A DNA stretch of 35,889 nt, taken from positions 1 through 35,889 of IMG/VR virus record IMGVR_UViG_3300037751_000446; one strand, 5' to 3'. The translations under genes and the position numbers were made by a program. Below the pieces are notes generated by a model, which was given only the letters and a program-made list of their open reading frames with translations, did not search any database and was not told the DNA's origin. The stretch comes from a virus. Its lineage: Duplodnaviria > Caudoviricetes. Positions 6,030-15,898 of this stretch are shown here, in pieces (within the stretch, counting starts at the first letter, position 1; the number at the start of each line of letters is the position of its first letter).

Positions 6030-8654
6030 CTATTGATAGTAAGAATGTTGATACCCCTGCCACCAGCGGGCGGGTGCGCCATACCAGTCGAACTCGTTCC
6101 ACCCGCCATGATTGCCCAGTACAAAGATCCCCGCCCACGCCCCGTAACGGCGAAGGATGATGTCAATCGCCAGAATATAAGCGTAGGCCAGCTGCTCATC
6201 AGTCAGCGTATCCTGCGCGGCGATTTCCGCGATGTAGGCGCGGGTGGCGGGGGGAAACTCCGCGCTGACCGCCTGCTCCCGCAGGAAGCGGACGGCATCA
6301 TCATGCCACCTGGCTCTCCAGAGCGGTGCCCAGCTTTTCCATCCCCTGGCAACGCCTCCGCACCACTCACTGACCGGCGGCCCCGTGCCCACGAAGTCGG
6401 CCCCCGCCTCGTCGATCAGGATGATCGGGTCATACGGGATGTTGATAAACCGCCCCACCAGATGCGCCTCTTCAGTATGGCGCAGGTCAAAGACCTCCAC
6501 GTCGTTCGCGGCAAAGGCGGCGTTCTGCGCTTCGCCCCGCCACAGCAGCGGCACGCAGCCCCCGTACTCGTGGACGAGCACCGGGTGACCGTGTTCAGAG
6601 GCATACCTGAACATCTCATCAAACAGCGGGTAGATCGGATAATCCGGCGTCCCGGTGGAGAACTTCCCGACACAGGCTTTAACGCCCCGTTCGTCTGCCA
6701 GGCGCATCCGCCACAGCTCGAACTCAGCGTATTTGATGGCCTTTTCTTCTGCCGTGCCGTCGGCATCGGTGGAGAAGACCGGCTCGTTATACCCGGCAAA
6801 ACATATCTTGTCCCAGTTTGGCCCAGGGCTGCGCGTGTTCATGTGAAGGATGAAGTAGTCCATCACCCGCGCCCACTCTTCCGCCATCGCCTGCGCCGAA
6901 TGGTCCTTACCGCCCGCCCTCCAGAAGTCGTCTCCCAGCGTCCAGAAAGCGAACACCCCCCAGTTGTTGTGCGGGTCGTTGGACATTGATACCGCAAAGT
7001 CCATATCCTCAGTGACGTAGATAAAGGGTGCGCCCGCATACCACCATAGGCCGAGGTTCAGGTTTGAATTCCAGCCTATCGCGGAAGATCGGCACATCTC
7101 CGCCCGGCACAGCTTCGCCTGGCCTTCGGCATCAATAAACTCAACCCAGCCGGAGCAGCCACCCTCGCCAAGACACTCCCCGGTCGCATACACCCACAGG
7201 GAGCCGTCGCTGTGCCGGGCTGTGCCGCTAATCGTTCTGCCTCCGCCAAAATGGCCGACGGTTTCCCCGTTCGCCGAGGGGCAGTCCAGCACCGGGATAT
7301 TTCCAATATCCTCCAGGACCTCATAGTCGGTCCGGCGTGTAGCTTCGCCCTCTATATCCGCACAGGCCACCGGCTCAGGACCTGGTTCCGGCTCCGGTGT
7401 GGGTGTCGGGGGAGGCAGGGCCGCCGCCTCAGCGTAGACCACCCCCGCATACATCGCCGCGAACCAGTCGGTACGGACCACGCCCGCTGACGGCTCCCAG
7501 CGGACCCTGTACCACTGTTCGCCCGGCCCGGCACACGCCTCGCTGGTGACGCCGCCCTGTCCCTGGCGCATCGCCCAGCCGGTAAGAGTAGCTGCCCCTA
7601 CCTGCGGCGCAGAGCGCGCCGTGAGTGCGTTGGTCGCGGGCAGTAAAAAGAAGGGATGACCGGCGAAGGCATCACAGACCAGGCCGGGCGGCTCCGGGGT
7701 GAGCGTCGGCCCGCCGGGTGTGACAATCGGCGTAGGGGTCGGGATCGGCGTGGCGACTACGCTGCCCGTACAGCGCAGGTCAGCGGCGTACACCACCGAC
7801 TCCTGGTGTGTGATAGGATAGCCGCGCTGGTTGCGGATAAAGACGGTTGCCAGGGGACCGTCCGCCAGGAACTCGACCGTGTGCAAACTGGCCCGATCCC
7901 ATTCCTGCCAGCTGTCCAGTTCCAGGGCGCTGCTCTCGTCCTGCCAGGGAAGTGATTCGTTGAACGAGACGCCCATGCTCCAGTTCGAGGCATGTCCGCT
8001 GGCGTCCGGCGGGTCAGAGTGTCCCTGATACCAGTTGCCATTGACCTGGTAGTCAAGGGTCAGCACCCCAAAGTGACAGACCGACCCCGGTTGGACGGCG
8101 ACCGTCTGGTAGAGGGCTACATCACAAACCCGGCGAAAACAAAACCACTGCTGCCCGTTGTCAGCCAGCGCGAAATTGAAGATAAGGGGGTCGAGGTCAA
8201 CCGGCTTGGCTTCCGGTTTGAAACCCTGCCCCAGCACCGTTTCCGTGTTGCAATCGAAGGTTTGCCCCTCTGCGCAGGGATGCGTGTCAGGGTCAGGGTT
8301 AAAGCCAATTCGCCAGTCCTCAGCCACGCGCAGCGTGCCGCCAGCGCCGTCCTGCGGAAACCCGGAGGAGTCCACAAAGAGGCCGGGGTTCAGCAGGATA
8401 TTCTTGTCATAGACCAGCTCATGCGTCGGCGTCACGCTGGGCGTGAGACTCGGCGTCAGCGTCATCGTTGGTGGGAGGGCAGTATCCGTCGCTCCTGGTG
8501 GTGCGCTGACGGTCGCGGCGGGGGTTTCGGTTCCCGGCAGGGCGGTCGGCGTGGACGTCAGCGGGACCTCGCAGCCCGTCAGAGCCAGCAGCAGGGCCAG
8601 TAGATAGCTCGCCAGGGCGCAGGCTGTAAAAAGTGTGACCTCATCCCGTCTCAT
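6030..8654 (-). CDS. Lipoprotein with PT-rich linkers, beta-sandwich, two SH3-like domains and a clan GH-A-like TIM-barrel hydrolase; putative endolysin
   Basis: Lipobox LTGC, PT repeats, SH3b-like segments (ARSAP..WYRV..DW; DCPS..WVY..GWV), GYNEP and ILIDEAG motifs; GGAGG RBS before ATG 8654. Confidence 0.65.
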   Translation of the reverse strand: MRRDEVTLFTACALASYLLALLLALTGCEVPLTSTPTALPGTETPAATVSAPPGATDTALPPTMTLTPSLTPSVTPTHELVYDKNILLNPGLFVDSSGFPQDGAGGTLRVAEDWRIGFNPDPDTHPCAEGQTFDCNTETVLGQGFKPEAKPVDLDPLIFNFALADNGQQWFCFRRVCDVALYQTVAVQPGSVCHFGVLTLDYQVNGNWYQGHSDPPDASGHASNWSMGVSFNESLPWQDESSALELDSWQEWDRASLHTVEFLADGPLATVFIRNQRGYPITHQESVVYAADLRCTGSVVATPIPTPTPIVTPGGPTLTPEPPGLVCDAFAGHPFFLLPATNALTARSAPQVGAATLTGWAMRQGQGGVTSEACAGPGEQWYRVRWEPSAGVVRTDWFAAMYAGVVYAEAAALPPPTPTPEPEPGPEPVACADIEGEATRRTDYEVLEDIGNIPVLDCPSANGETVGHFGGGRTISGTARHSDGSLWVYATGECLGEGGCSGWVEFIDAEGQAKLCRAEMCRSSAIGWNSNLNLGLWWYAGAPFIYVTEDMDFAVSMSNDPHNNWGVFAFWTLGDDFWRAGGKDHSAQAMAEEWARVMDYFILHMNTRSPGPNWDKICFAGYNEPVFSTDADGTAEEKAIKYAEFELWRMRLADERGVKACVGKFSTGTPDYPIYPLFDEMFRYASEHGHPVLVHEYGGCVPLLWRGEAQNAAFAANDVEVFDLRHTEEAHLVGRFINIPYDPIILIDEAGADFVGTGPPVSEWCGGVARGWKSWAPLWRARWHDDAVRFLREQAVSAEFPPATRAYIAEIAAQDTLTDEQLAYAYILAIDIILRRYGAWAGIFVLGNHGGWNEFDWYGAPARWWQGYQHSYYQ

Positions 8655-9108
8655 CGCATCCCTCCCCGACATCGAAATAGAAGCTGAAATAATCACTCCG
8701 CACCGTGTCTCCCTGCCTGAAACTGGTATTCACCAGCTTGTAGTGCCCAGGGGGCAGGGCCGGGATGGCCCAGACGATCTCCGTCCGCACCGGACGGCCC
8801 GGATCGAGGAAGCGGTAGGTCGGCCCTTCGTGGCCCAGGTTGCGCCCGGTCTCGTCGTTGATCACGAACCTGTGATTGGTAAATACCCCGCCGCTTCTGG
8901 AGGCGACCTCGTAGTCCAGCCTGACTGTATCGCCCGGACAAACCTCGCGGGCGGCGTAAAAGGCATCCACCGAATACGAAAGGACAGGCTCCACCGAGGC
9001 CGGACCGATCATGAAATAGAGCAGCGCTGCTGCCATTAAAACGACCGTGATGACCGTGAGCCCCTGGTCAAACTTTTTACCCGTAGTAGTCTGAGAGTTT
9101 GTTTTCAT
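8641..9108 (-). CDS. Membrane-anchored protein with Ig-like C-terminal domain (lysis cassette)
   Basis: Single N-terminal TM; IPALPPGHYKLV beta-sandwich signature. Confidence 0.6.
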   Translation of the reverse strand: MKTNSQTTTGKKFDQGLTVITVVLMAAALLYFMIGPASVEPVLSYSVDAFYAAREVCPGDTVRLDYEVASRSGGVFTNHRFVINDETGRNLGHEGPTYRFLDPGRPVRTEIVWAIPALPPGHYKLVNTSFRQGDTVRSDYFSFYFDVGEGCDETG

Positions 9109-9437
9109 CGCAGCAGCCCTCCCAGCGCATCCAGCAGGACGTTCAGGTCATTGCCTGAGAGCACCCATATCGCGGCGCTGATCAGCATCGAGCGCGGGAT
9201 GAATTTCAGCAGCGTTTTGCCAAACACAAAGGCATCGTTCATTTCCCGGTGCTCCGCCAGCAGGCCCTTGGTGCCCTCTCGCGTACTGCCCGACAGGACC
9301 CGGTTGAGCACCGCCAGTTCCTCCGCCATCGTACTCAGGTCAGCGACCAGCGCCTCGAAACGGGCCGTCACGGCCTTGAGCGCCTGGGTAGTGGCCTGCA
9401 TCTCAGCGTGAATGAGCACTATTGTTTTATCTTCCAT
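9105..9437 (-). CDS. Coiled-coil plus C-terminal TM protein, holin/hemolysin-like
   Basis: Heptad N-terminal half, hydrophobic C-terminus, position after the tail fibre genes. Confidence 0.55.
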   Translation of the reverse strand: MEDKTIVLIHAEMQATTQALKAVTARFEALVADLSTMAEELAVLNRVLSGSTREGTKGLLAEHREMNDAFVFGKTLLKFIPRSMLISAAIWVLSGNDLNVLLDALGGLLR

Positions 9438-9439
9438 GC

Positions 9440-9919
9440 TTACCCCTCTCGTCGTCTCCGCCCGTCCGCCAGGATCAGGATTTCTGCCAGGACCCGGACT
9501 ATCTTCCGGTCCCGCACCAGGAGCTCCTGCTGGCGTTCCAGCATCCGGTTAATAATCTCTTTAACCTGTGCATTGGTCGCCGCAGGCAGCAGGGCGATGT
9601 CTGACGTGATGCCCAGGATTTCCTCGTTGATCGCCGTTACTTCCGCTTCCTTCAGTGCCTCCCAGTCCCGCGCCAGGGCCTCGTCCTGCCCCAGGGTGCG
9701 CGGCGGACCGGCCAATGCGGGCGGATAAATCCCATCCCACAGGCCGGGCAGCGTCAGGCCGCGTTCCGCCTGAATTGACCCCAGGCTCTGCCCGGCAGCC
9801 ACCAGCGGGATTTCCAGTTCGCGCCGCGCCCCGCTCTGGTCGTCCAGCAGGACCGCGAAGATGTTTTCGTGTGTCAGGCCCGCTGCTTCTCGTTCGAGGC
9901 TGTCTAAGAGGATGGTCAC
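9440..9919 (-). CDS. Hypothetical tail-fibre-associated protein
   Basis: GTGA overlap with the fibre gene stop; helical C-terminus. Confidence 0.6.
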   Translation of the reverse strand: MTILLDSLEREAAGLTHENIFAVLLDDQSGARRELEIPLVAAGQSLGSIQAERGLTLPGLWDGIYPPALAGPPRTLGQDEALARDWEALKEAEVTAINEEILGITSDIALLPAATNAQVKEIINRMLERQQELLVRDRKIVRVLAEILILADGRRRREG

Positions 9920-12405
9920 GACTCTACCCCCAGTTCTACTACCAGGGTCAGGTCAGCGCTGCCCCCCGTGACGTTTTTAATCGTCGTCTGTGTATCGGGG
10001 TTAGTTCCGCTTCCATCGTCATAGCGAACCGCCCCGTCCCGCGTTCCCCCCGACCAGCGTCCGACGACGATAGGCTCCTCGTAAGCAGTCCCTTCCGCAT
10101 AGATCGCAAAGATAAAATCATCGGCATCTGCGGCGGGAGTGGTCCATGTGGAACTTGCTTCTGTCCCCGATTCGCCGTCAGCATAGCTGCCTGTTTCCTC
10201 AGCACCCCACTCTACATAGTTTGAATCAGATGCACTGCGGTCAGTGGACAGTACCAGCCAGTAGGTAGTTGAAGCAGAAAGGCTGAAACTGGAGGCAAAG
10301 TCGAAATCGACCAGAGCCAGTGAGGTACTTAGGCTACTTTCCGCAACCGTGACCGTCGCGTTGGCATCTACAAGAGTCCCGGAAGGATCGCCAGCATTGT
10401 CGGTTTCAATTCGCAGGGTCATGGTCCCGGTTGGAGAGCCAACCTTGCGTAAGTCCAGTTGTGCTTTGTCGCAGGTGATACCTGACATGAGTTGAAAAGA
10501 CTGAGCGAGTTTATCGAAAGCAGTAATAGCGGAGGTGGTAACGCTAAAAACCAGATCGTACTCGCTTATGGCATTCCACGCACCACCATTTACACGGTAG
10601 GCTCGATACCCGTTGGCATAAGGATTACCCCCATCTTGTTTCCAGTCGTAGTAATTATTTGTCGCTTGCGGAGCCACGCTTAGTGTCAGCCAGTAAGAGG
10701 TAGAAGCAGAGAGCAACAATTCGCCAGCAGCTATATTCACAGTATTTTGGGCATTCGGCGTGGGTGTCATCGTACCTGTTAATAATACTGTGCCGCTTGG
10801 CAGTCCTCCCGACTCAGTTTCTATTCTCCAAGTAATATCGCCACTGGGAGAACCCAAATTAACGTTCAGATCAAAGGTAAATTGAGTCAGCCAACCAGCC
10901 GCAACCTGAAAACTCATACCATTCTCATATTCACTTCCAGAACCATCGCCTATAGCTCCTCCTGTAGTTGTGCCCGTTGTGTTGGCGGTAGACCCCCCCG
11001 ACGCAGATTGTCCTCGTAGTTGTATCTGCGTGTCCTGATTGCCTGTTCCATGTTCTTCTGCCACTTCCGAACCAGCACTGGTGCTTACATAGACTCGTAC
11101 CCGCCGATGTCTGCCATTGGGGTCAGCGGGATGGGTCAGGGTCAATGTGGCGTTATTTGCCAGCGAGTCGCGCTTCAGAATTTGCAGAGGAGTCAGGCAG
11201 TAAAGCAGTATCGTAGTCGTACTCTGTGCCACACCGATGAGGGCTGCCGCGACTTGTGCCCCCCCAGAGGAAGGCGACGGCTCGGTCTGGGTATAGCCGC
11301 CTGCTGTCCCAGATGCCCAGACTTTTTCGCCTGCGGTCAAGCCAGTGAATCCTGCAAGTTCCCCGCCTTGCTGGGCGGTTCCTGTGGCATCTGTTGCAAT
11401 GCCACCTGACTCAGTAACGATAGCGCGTTCCACGCCTGTCGCAGTGGTCGAATCATTATCGAACTTGTACCACTTGTTATCCGAAGCGTCCCGGTAAACG
11501 TGGTCAAGCTCGCTGAGGGCTTCTCCGGCGGTGACGGTGATCGACGTACTGCCCCCCGGACCGGACTCGCGGGCCGCCAGGTCATCCAGCGCCTCCTGGA
11601 CCGTCACCGGGTCCGGGTCCGTCCAGTCCCCCGCCGATGACGGCACGTACTGGATATCCCCCGCGTCGTGCATGGGGGTTGTATTGAGTAGCCGGGCGCT
11701 CACGAACTCCGCCTCGTTGCTCCAGGCGGTTGCGGTGCCCAGCAGCCTGACCCCGCCCAGCGGGATCACCTCGTTGCCCTCGTCAAAGGCCAGGGCCGCC
11801 AGGTCCGCCTCGAAGAGCGTCACCAGCGCCGGATATTCCGCCCCGGCCTTGCTGACCAGTTCCGGTACAACCGGGTCAAGCCCCACCTTTACCCAGCGCT
11901 GGAAACCGGCTGTGCCCTGCTCCCCCGCCAGGTCAAGTGACCCGCCCGGCCAGTAGCGCTGCGCCCCCTGCCACCAGTACCAGAATTTTTCGACGTATAC
12001 CGTCAGGGCGTCGTCTTCCCGCACCAGGCCCCATAATCCCCGCTTCTCCTCCACCAGGTCCGCCCCACTCCCCGACCCCACGTCGTGGGAGTGGGGAGGC
12101 ACAGTGGGCAGGTAGCGCTCATCCCCCACGCTGGCCTCGATCCTGCCGAAGTCGGGCCGGGTCACCACCGGCACGCCGTCCAGCCAGCGGATTTTTACCG
12201 GGATATCCGGGAGTTCGCCCACGCCCCCGTTCAGGCACTCAAGCACGGTCAGCGCCGACCCCTGCACCACCCGCGCATAGACGTGGTTGGGCCGGTCAGG
12301 GACGGTGATAACCGGGTCAATGCCGTTTCCGGTCAGGCCGTCCTGCTCCCCGGCGGCGTAGGCTTTGCCCACCGCCCGGATAAAGAGGTTGTTCAGGATA
12401 CCCAT
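9916..12405 (-). CDS. Tail fibre / receptor-binding protein
   Basis: Position after the tail tip gene; TVQEALDDLA fibre motif; G/T/S-rich; two homologous beta-sandwich modules. Confidence 0.75.
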   Translation of the reverse strand: MGILNNLFIRAVGKAYAAGEQDGLTGNGIDPVITVPDRPNHVYARVVQGSALTVLECLNGGVGELPDIPVKIRWLDGVPVVTRPDFGRIEASVGDERYLPTVPPHSHDVGSGSGADLVEEKRGLWGLVREDDALTVYVEKFWYWWQGAQRYWPGGSLDLAGEQGTAGFQRWVKVGLDPVVPELVSKAGAEYPALVTLFEADLAALAFDEGNEVIPLGGVRLLGTATAWSNEAEFVSARLLNTTPMHDAGDIQYVPSSAGDWTDPDPVTVQEALDDLAARESGPGGSTSITVTAGEALSELDHVYRDASDNKWYKFDNDSTTATGVERAIVTESGGIATDATGTAQQGGELAGFTGLTAGEKVWASGTAGGYTQTEPSPSSGGAQVAAALIGVAQSTTTILLYCLTPLQILKRDSLANNATLTLTHPADPNGRHRRVRVYVSTSAGSEVAEEHGTGNQDTQIQLRGQSASGGSTANTTGTTTGGAIGDGSGSEYENGMSFQVAAGWLTQFTFDLNVNLGSPSGDITWRIETESGGLPSGTVLLTGTMTPTPNAQNTVNIAAGELLLSASTSYWLTLSVAPQATNNYYDWKQDGGNPYANGYRAYRVNGGAWNAISEYDLVFSVTTSAITAFDKLAQSFQLMSGITCDKAQLDLRKVGSPTGTMTLRIETDNAGDPSGTLVDANATVTVAESSLSTSLALVDFDFASSFSLSASTTYWLVLSTDRSASDSNYVEWGAEETGSYADGESGTEASSTWTTPAADADDFIFAIYAEGTAYEEPIVVGRWSGGTRDGAVRYDDGSGTNPDTQTTIKNVTGGSADLTLVVELGVES

Positions 12406-15400
12406 ACCGGCACCACTCCCCGAATAAAGATATTCGTGATCAGGCTGCTCAGGTTCCCTGAGAGGTCTATCCAGGTATCGCCCCCGTCCTCCGAGAAAAA
12501 GACCTTCCGGTTTTCCGAGGCTTCCGCCCCGCCGCTGATAAACAAAATGTCTTCGTCATCGGGCCAGCTTCCCAGGAAGTGCATGGGCCCCGGCATGGCT
12601 TTGGTCTGCCAGGTGACCCCCCCATCCTCGCTGACGCACAGCAGGTTGGCGTCCGGGGCGGTGTAGCGGACTAGCGACTGGTTGAAGGTGTGGATGTCGA
12701 GCGAGTCGACTGCCTCCTCTGCGCTGCGCCCGCTGGAGGGGCCAATCGGGTAATACGTGCCGTCCCCCTGCGGCGCACCCCCGATAGCGGACCACAGCCC
12801 GGCCTCTGACCTTCTCCACAGGGTCTCAACCCCCAGCCCTGTCGCCCGTACCGCCAGGTAGACCACCTCGTCGTTCGGGTTGTTGTTGTAAGGCACTTTG
12901 ATGGAGACCCCCAGCGGCAGGACGGCATTCGTGATGGTTTCCTCGGCCCAGGTCCCGCCCAGGTTCTCGCTCCTGAAAATACGCAGGTTAGAATCTGGAA
13001 TGGCATCATTATTCCCGGCCAGACGATACAGTTTGCCTGCCGGATAAACGGAGTGGTAGCCCATCACAAAGTTGCCCTGTTCGTCACCTGTAGCGCCAGA
13101 GTTCCAGGTAATCACGTCCTCCCACGACGCGGCATATCCCAGACGGCGATAGGTATGTGCTCGCCATCCCGCTGGCCCGGCCCCGTTCACCTCGCGTACA
13201 GTGAACCACAGGCCGCCCTCGACGTTAATCGACCCTTGCAGGTCCATCCCGCCTGAGGGGTTGTTGAAGTCAGCCGATGAGGTTTCGAGCAGGGTGACTG
13301 TCTGCGTCCCGGCAGTCCCATCAAGGCCCGTCAGCTCCCAGGCTTTCGCCGCTGTGCTGAAATCAGTCGTCAGCACATAGGCCCGGTTCTTGGGGTCCCA
13401 GGGGTCCAACTTGAAGCGCAGCAGGGTCTGGCCTGCCAGGAGATCAGTAGCAACAGTCAGCAGTATTTCCCAGGTGGTGGGCGCAGTGTAGGGCGGGCGA
13501 GTCCGCAAAATATGCGTATTGCAGTACGCATACATCCCCGCTGAATTCCCTATCGGGATCGTCCCCAGCGCCGCACGGGTGTTGACCGGGAAATAGGCCG
13601 CCGGACGCCGCGCCGGGCGGGTCACGTTCTGCGCCTGGACACTCTGTACCTCCGTCGCCGCTGGCGGGCCTGAGGTCTCTTTCTCAAGCACCAGTTCGAC
13701 CTGTTTCAGCGTCCCGTTGGCTGTGTGCCGGTAAGCGATGGCGACCTCAAGCGGCAGGAAGCGGTCCGTCCCGCTTGACCAGGTGAAACCCCGCCCCGCT
13801 GCCGCATCGACCCCCACCGCCAGCGTCACCCACTCCATCAGGGCCGGTTCAAAACCGGCATCGCCGCTGTGGGCCAGTGCCAGCCGGAAGGCGCTCCAGT
13901 CCGCGTTCAGCCGGGCGTAGCGATGTCCCTCGCGGGCGTTCAGTTCGTCCTGGTCCGCCACCAGCTGCTGCCCCGCTGAGAAGACCCGTTCGCCCTGCGA
14001 AGGGGCCTTTCCAGGGGCAACGCAGAAGACGGCGCTGACCGCCTCCGAGCTGGCGACGATGGCCGATCCGCGCAGCCAGTGATAGCGCGGGTGGCGGGTG
14101 CGTTCGACCTCCAGCCGGGTCCAGTCGCTTTCCTCAAGGGCCACCACCTCCACCGCCGTCCGGTCCCCGGCATCGACCAGCAGCGGGTCCTCCCGCACCC
14201 ACAGCCGCCCCTTCGTATCGCAGCTCAGGCGGTGGACAATCGCCCGCGCCCGCTGATCGACCTGCTCGTAGAGCGACTGTCCGCCGCTTTGCAACGTGGT
14301 GAAGGGGTAATTCTCCCCCAGCCCGCTCACCTGGAAGTCCGCCACGTCCAGGGCGGTCGAATGCCATTGCAGCAGGTAGTGCAGGAAGGTGTCGATATTC
14401 GGTTCGTTCTGCTGAATCCAGGACTCAGGCGTCGGGTCGTGTTCGAGGCTCTGCGGGAAGCCCGGCAGCTTTTTCAGCCGTCCCGCCACGTCGATACAGC
14501 GGAAGCGCAGCCCCTTCTGGATGCCCCGTTCGCCGCCCTCGACGCTCTCGGTGTCGGTGTCGTGCCAGCCCACGAAGCGCAGGCCCTCGCGTCCTGAAGG
14601 CCCCGCCAGGCTCCCTTTCGTCCCGTTGTACCATTCCTCCTCGAAGAGCATCGCCAGCGTTCCGTCCGGGTAGCCCGCGTCGTTCGGCGTATTGTCCTCA
14701 AGGAGTTCATCGTAGATCGTCACTTCCAGCATCTGCCCTTCCGGGGTGATGCGGTGGCTGGAGATCTCGAAGTTCTCGACCAGGTTCGAGGAGTCCAGTT
14801 CCGCCGCCAGCACCGGGATGTGGCAGGTGTGATAATGCCCGCTGACGTTATCGAACACGCGCAGGTGCATCCAGTAGAAGCCGGGTTCAAACTCGACCGT
14901 GATCGCCGCATCAGTAATCGTCCCGGCGGTGATCGCCGCCCCACTTGAAGGCAGGCTCCATAGGTAGGTCAGTGTCGCCCCCGTGAAGGAGAGCGAGTCG
15001 GAGCCGTCAAAGTTCACTACCAGCGTCTCGCTTCCCGCGTCTACAAAATCCGCCACCGCCGCGCCGCCGTTGGCTACCGGCGGAATCGCGTCGCCGTAAT
15101 CCCCCACCTCAAGCTCGTACTCCTTAAAACCCGTCCCGTCGCTCTCGATCCGGGGTATCTTCGCCCAGACGCGGTAATCATCGAGCACCGTGATGTACAG
15201 GGTATCGAACCCGTAAAACTCCCCGTCCCGCCGCCCGATAGAAGACCAGCCAATGTACAGCAGCGCGTCCGTCGGGCTTTTGCGGATGTAGCCCCGCCCC
15301 CGGTCCCCGGTCAGCGGCAGCGTCCCGAAGAGCACGGACATCCCCGGTCGGATGTCCGTGTAGGCCCCCACCGTCACCCCGTCGTAGGCAATCTCCGCCA

Positions 15401-15527
15401 GCGGGTACTCAAAGTCCTCCTGGTTCACCCGCGCCGCAAAGACCACCGTCGGCGAGAGCACGAACAGATGCTGACGGCACACATAGGGGTGGCTCCGCCA
15501 CGTCGAAGGGCTTGCCAGGGCGGGCAT
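12393..15527 (-). CDS. Tail tip / central tail protein with C-terminal BNR (Asp-box) beta-propeller
   Basis: Follows the distal tail gene; Asp-boxes SENLGGTW, SEDGGVTW, SEDGGDTW. Confidence 0.7.
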   Translation of the reverse strand: MPALASPSTWRSHPYVCRQHLFVLSPTVVFAARVNQEDFEYPLAEIAYDGVTVGAYTDIRPGMSVLFGTLPLTGDRGRGYIRKSPTDALLYIGWSSIGRRDGEFYGFDTLYITVLDDYRVWAKIPRIESDGTGFKEYELEVGDYGDAIPPVANGGAAVADFVDAGSETLVVNFDGSDSLSFTGATLTYLWSLPSSGAAITAGTITDAAITVEFEPGFYWMHLRVFDNVSGHYHTCHIPVLAAELDSSNLVENFEISSHRITPEGQMLEVTIYDELLEDNTPNDAGYPDGTLAMLFEEEWYNGTKGSLAGPSGREGLRFVGWHDTDTESVEGGERGIQKGLRFRCIDVAGRLKKLPGFPQSLEHDPTPESWIQQNEPNIDTFLHYLLQWHSTALDVADFQVSGLGENYPFTTLQSGGQSLYEQVDQRARAIVHRLSCDTKGRLWVREDPLLVDAGDRTAVEVVALEESDWTRLEVERTRHPRYHWLRGSAIVASSEAVSAVFCVAPGKAPSQGERVFSAGQQLVADQDELNAREGHRYARLNADWSAFRLALAHSGDAGFEPALMEWVTLAVGVDAAAGRGFTWSSGTDRFLPLEVAIAYRHTANGTLKQVELVLEKETSGPPAATEVQSVQAQNVTRPARRPAAYFPVNTRAALGTIPIGNSAGMYAYCNTHILRTRPPYTAPTTWEILLTVATDLLAGQTLLRFKLDPWDPKNRAYVLTTDFSTAAKAWELTGLDGTAGTQTVTLLETSSADFNNPSGGMDLQGSINVEGGLWFTVREVNGAGPAGWRAHTYRRLGYAASWEDVITWNSGATGDEQGNFVMGYHSVYPAGKLYRLAGNNDAIPDSNLRIFRSENLGGTWAEETITNAVLPLGVSIKVPYNNNPNDEVVYLAVRATGLGVETLWRRSEAGLWSAIGGAPQGDGTYYPIGPSSGRSAEEAVDSLDIHTFNQSLVRYTAPDANLLCVSEDGGVTWQTKAMPGPMHFLGSWPDDEDILFISGGAEASENRKVFFSEDGGDTWIDLSGNLSSLITNIFIRGVVPVWVS

Positions 15528-15898
15528 CAGCTTGCCGCCGCCAGGTCGCGGATGACGAAGCGCATATTCCGCAGGAAGTAGTTATCCTGGCGGAGGCGCG
15601 GCATCCAGATCGTGCCGTTCATTCTCACCCAGGTATTCCACCTGTCCCCTCGCGTGTAAATGGTCACCGCGTTAAAGTCCGCCGAGGCCAGCCCCATCGC
15701 CGTCAGCAGGGTCGAAAGCTGCCCGTCCTCAAGCACGGAGAACTCCCACACCGCGTGCGGCGCATCCCGGAAGTAGGCCCCGCTTGCCGGGTGGACTTCC
15801 CGCCCGTACTGGATGCCTTCTGAGTGCGGCTGTGGGTCGAGCGTATTTAAGCTCTCCGCCGCCACGTCGTGCCCGTCCGCGATCTTGTATACGCTCAC
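15527..15898 (-). CDS. Putative distal tail protein
   Basis: Small beta-rich protein directly after the tape measure gene. Confidence 0.55.
   Translation of the reverse strand: MSVYKIADGHDVAAESLNTLDPQPHSEGIQYGREVHPASGAYFRDAPHAVWEFSVLEDGQLSTLLTAMGLASADFNAVTIYTRGDRWNTWVRMNGTIWMPRLRQDNYFLRNMRFVIRDLAAAS

Noticed and set aside
9916-12405. Diversity-generating retroelement target in the tail fibre
   Set aside because: No reverse transcriptase and no adenine-variant template repeat seen in the window
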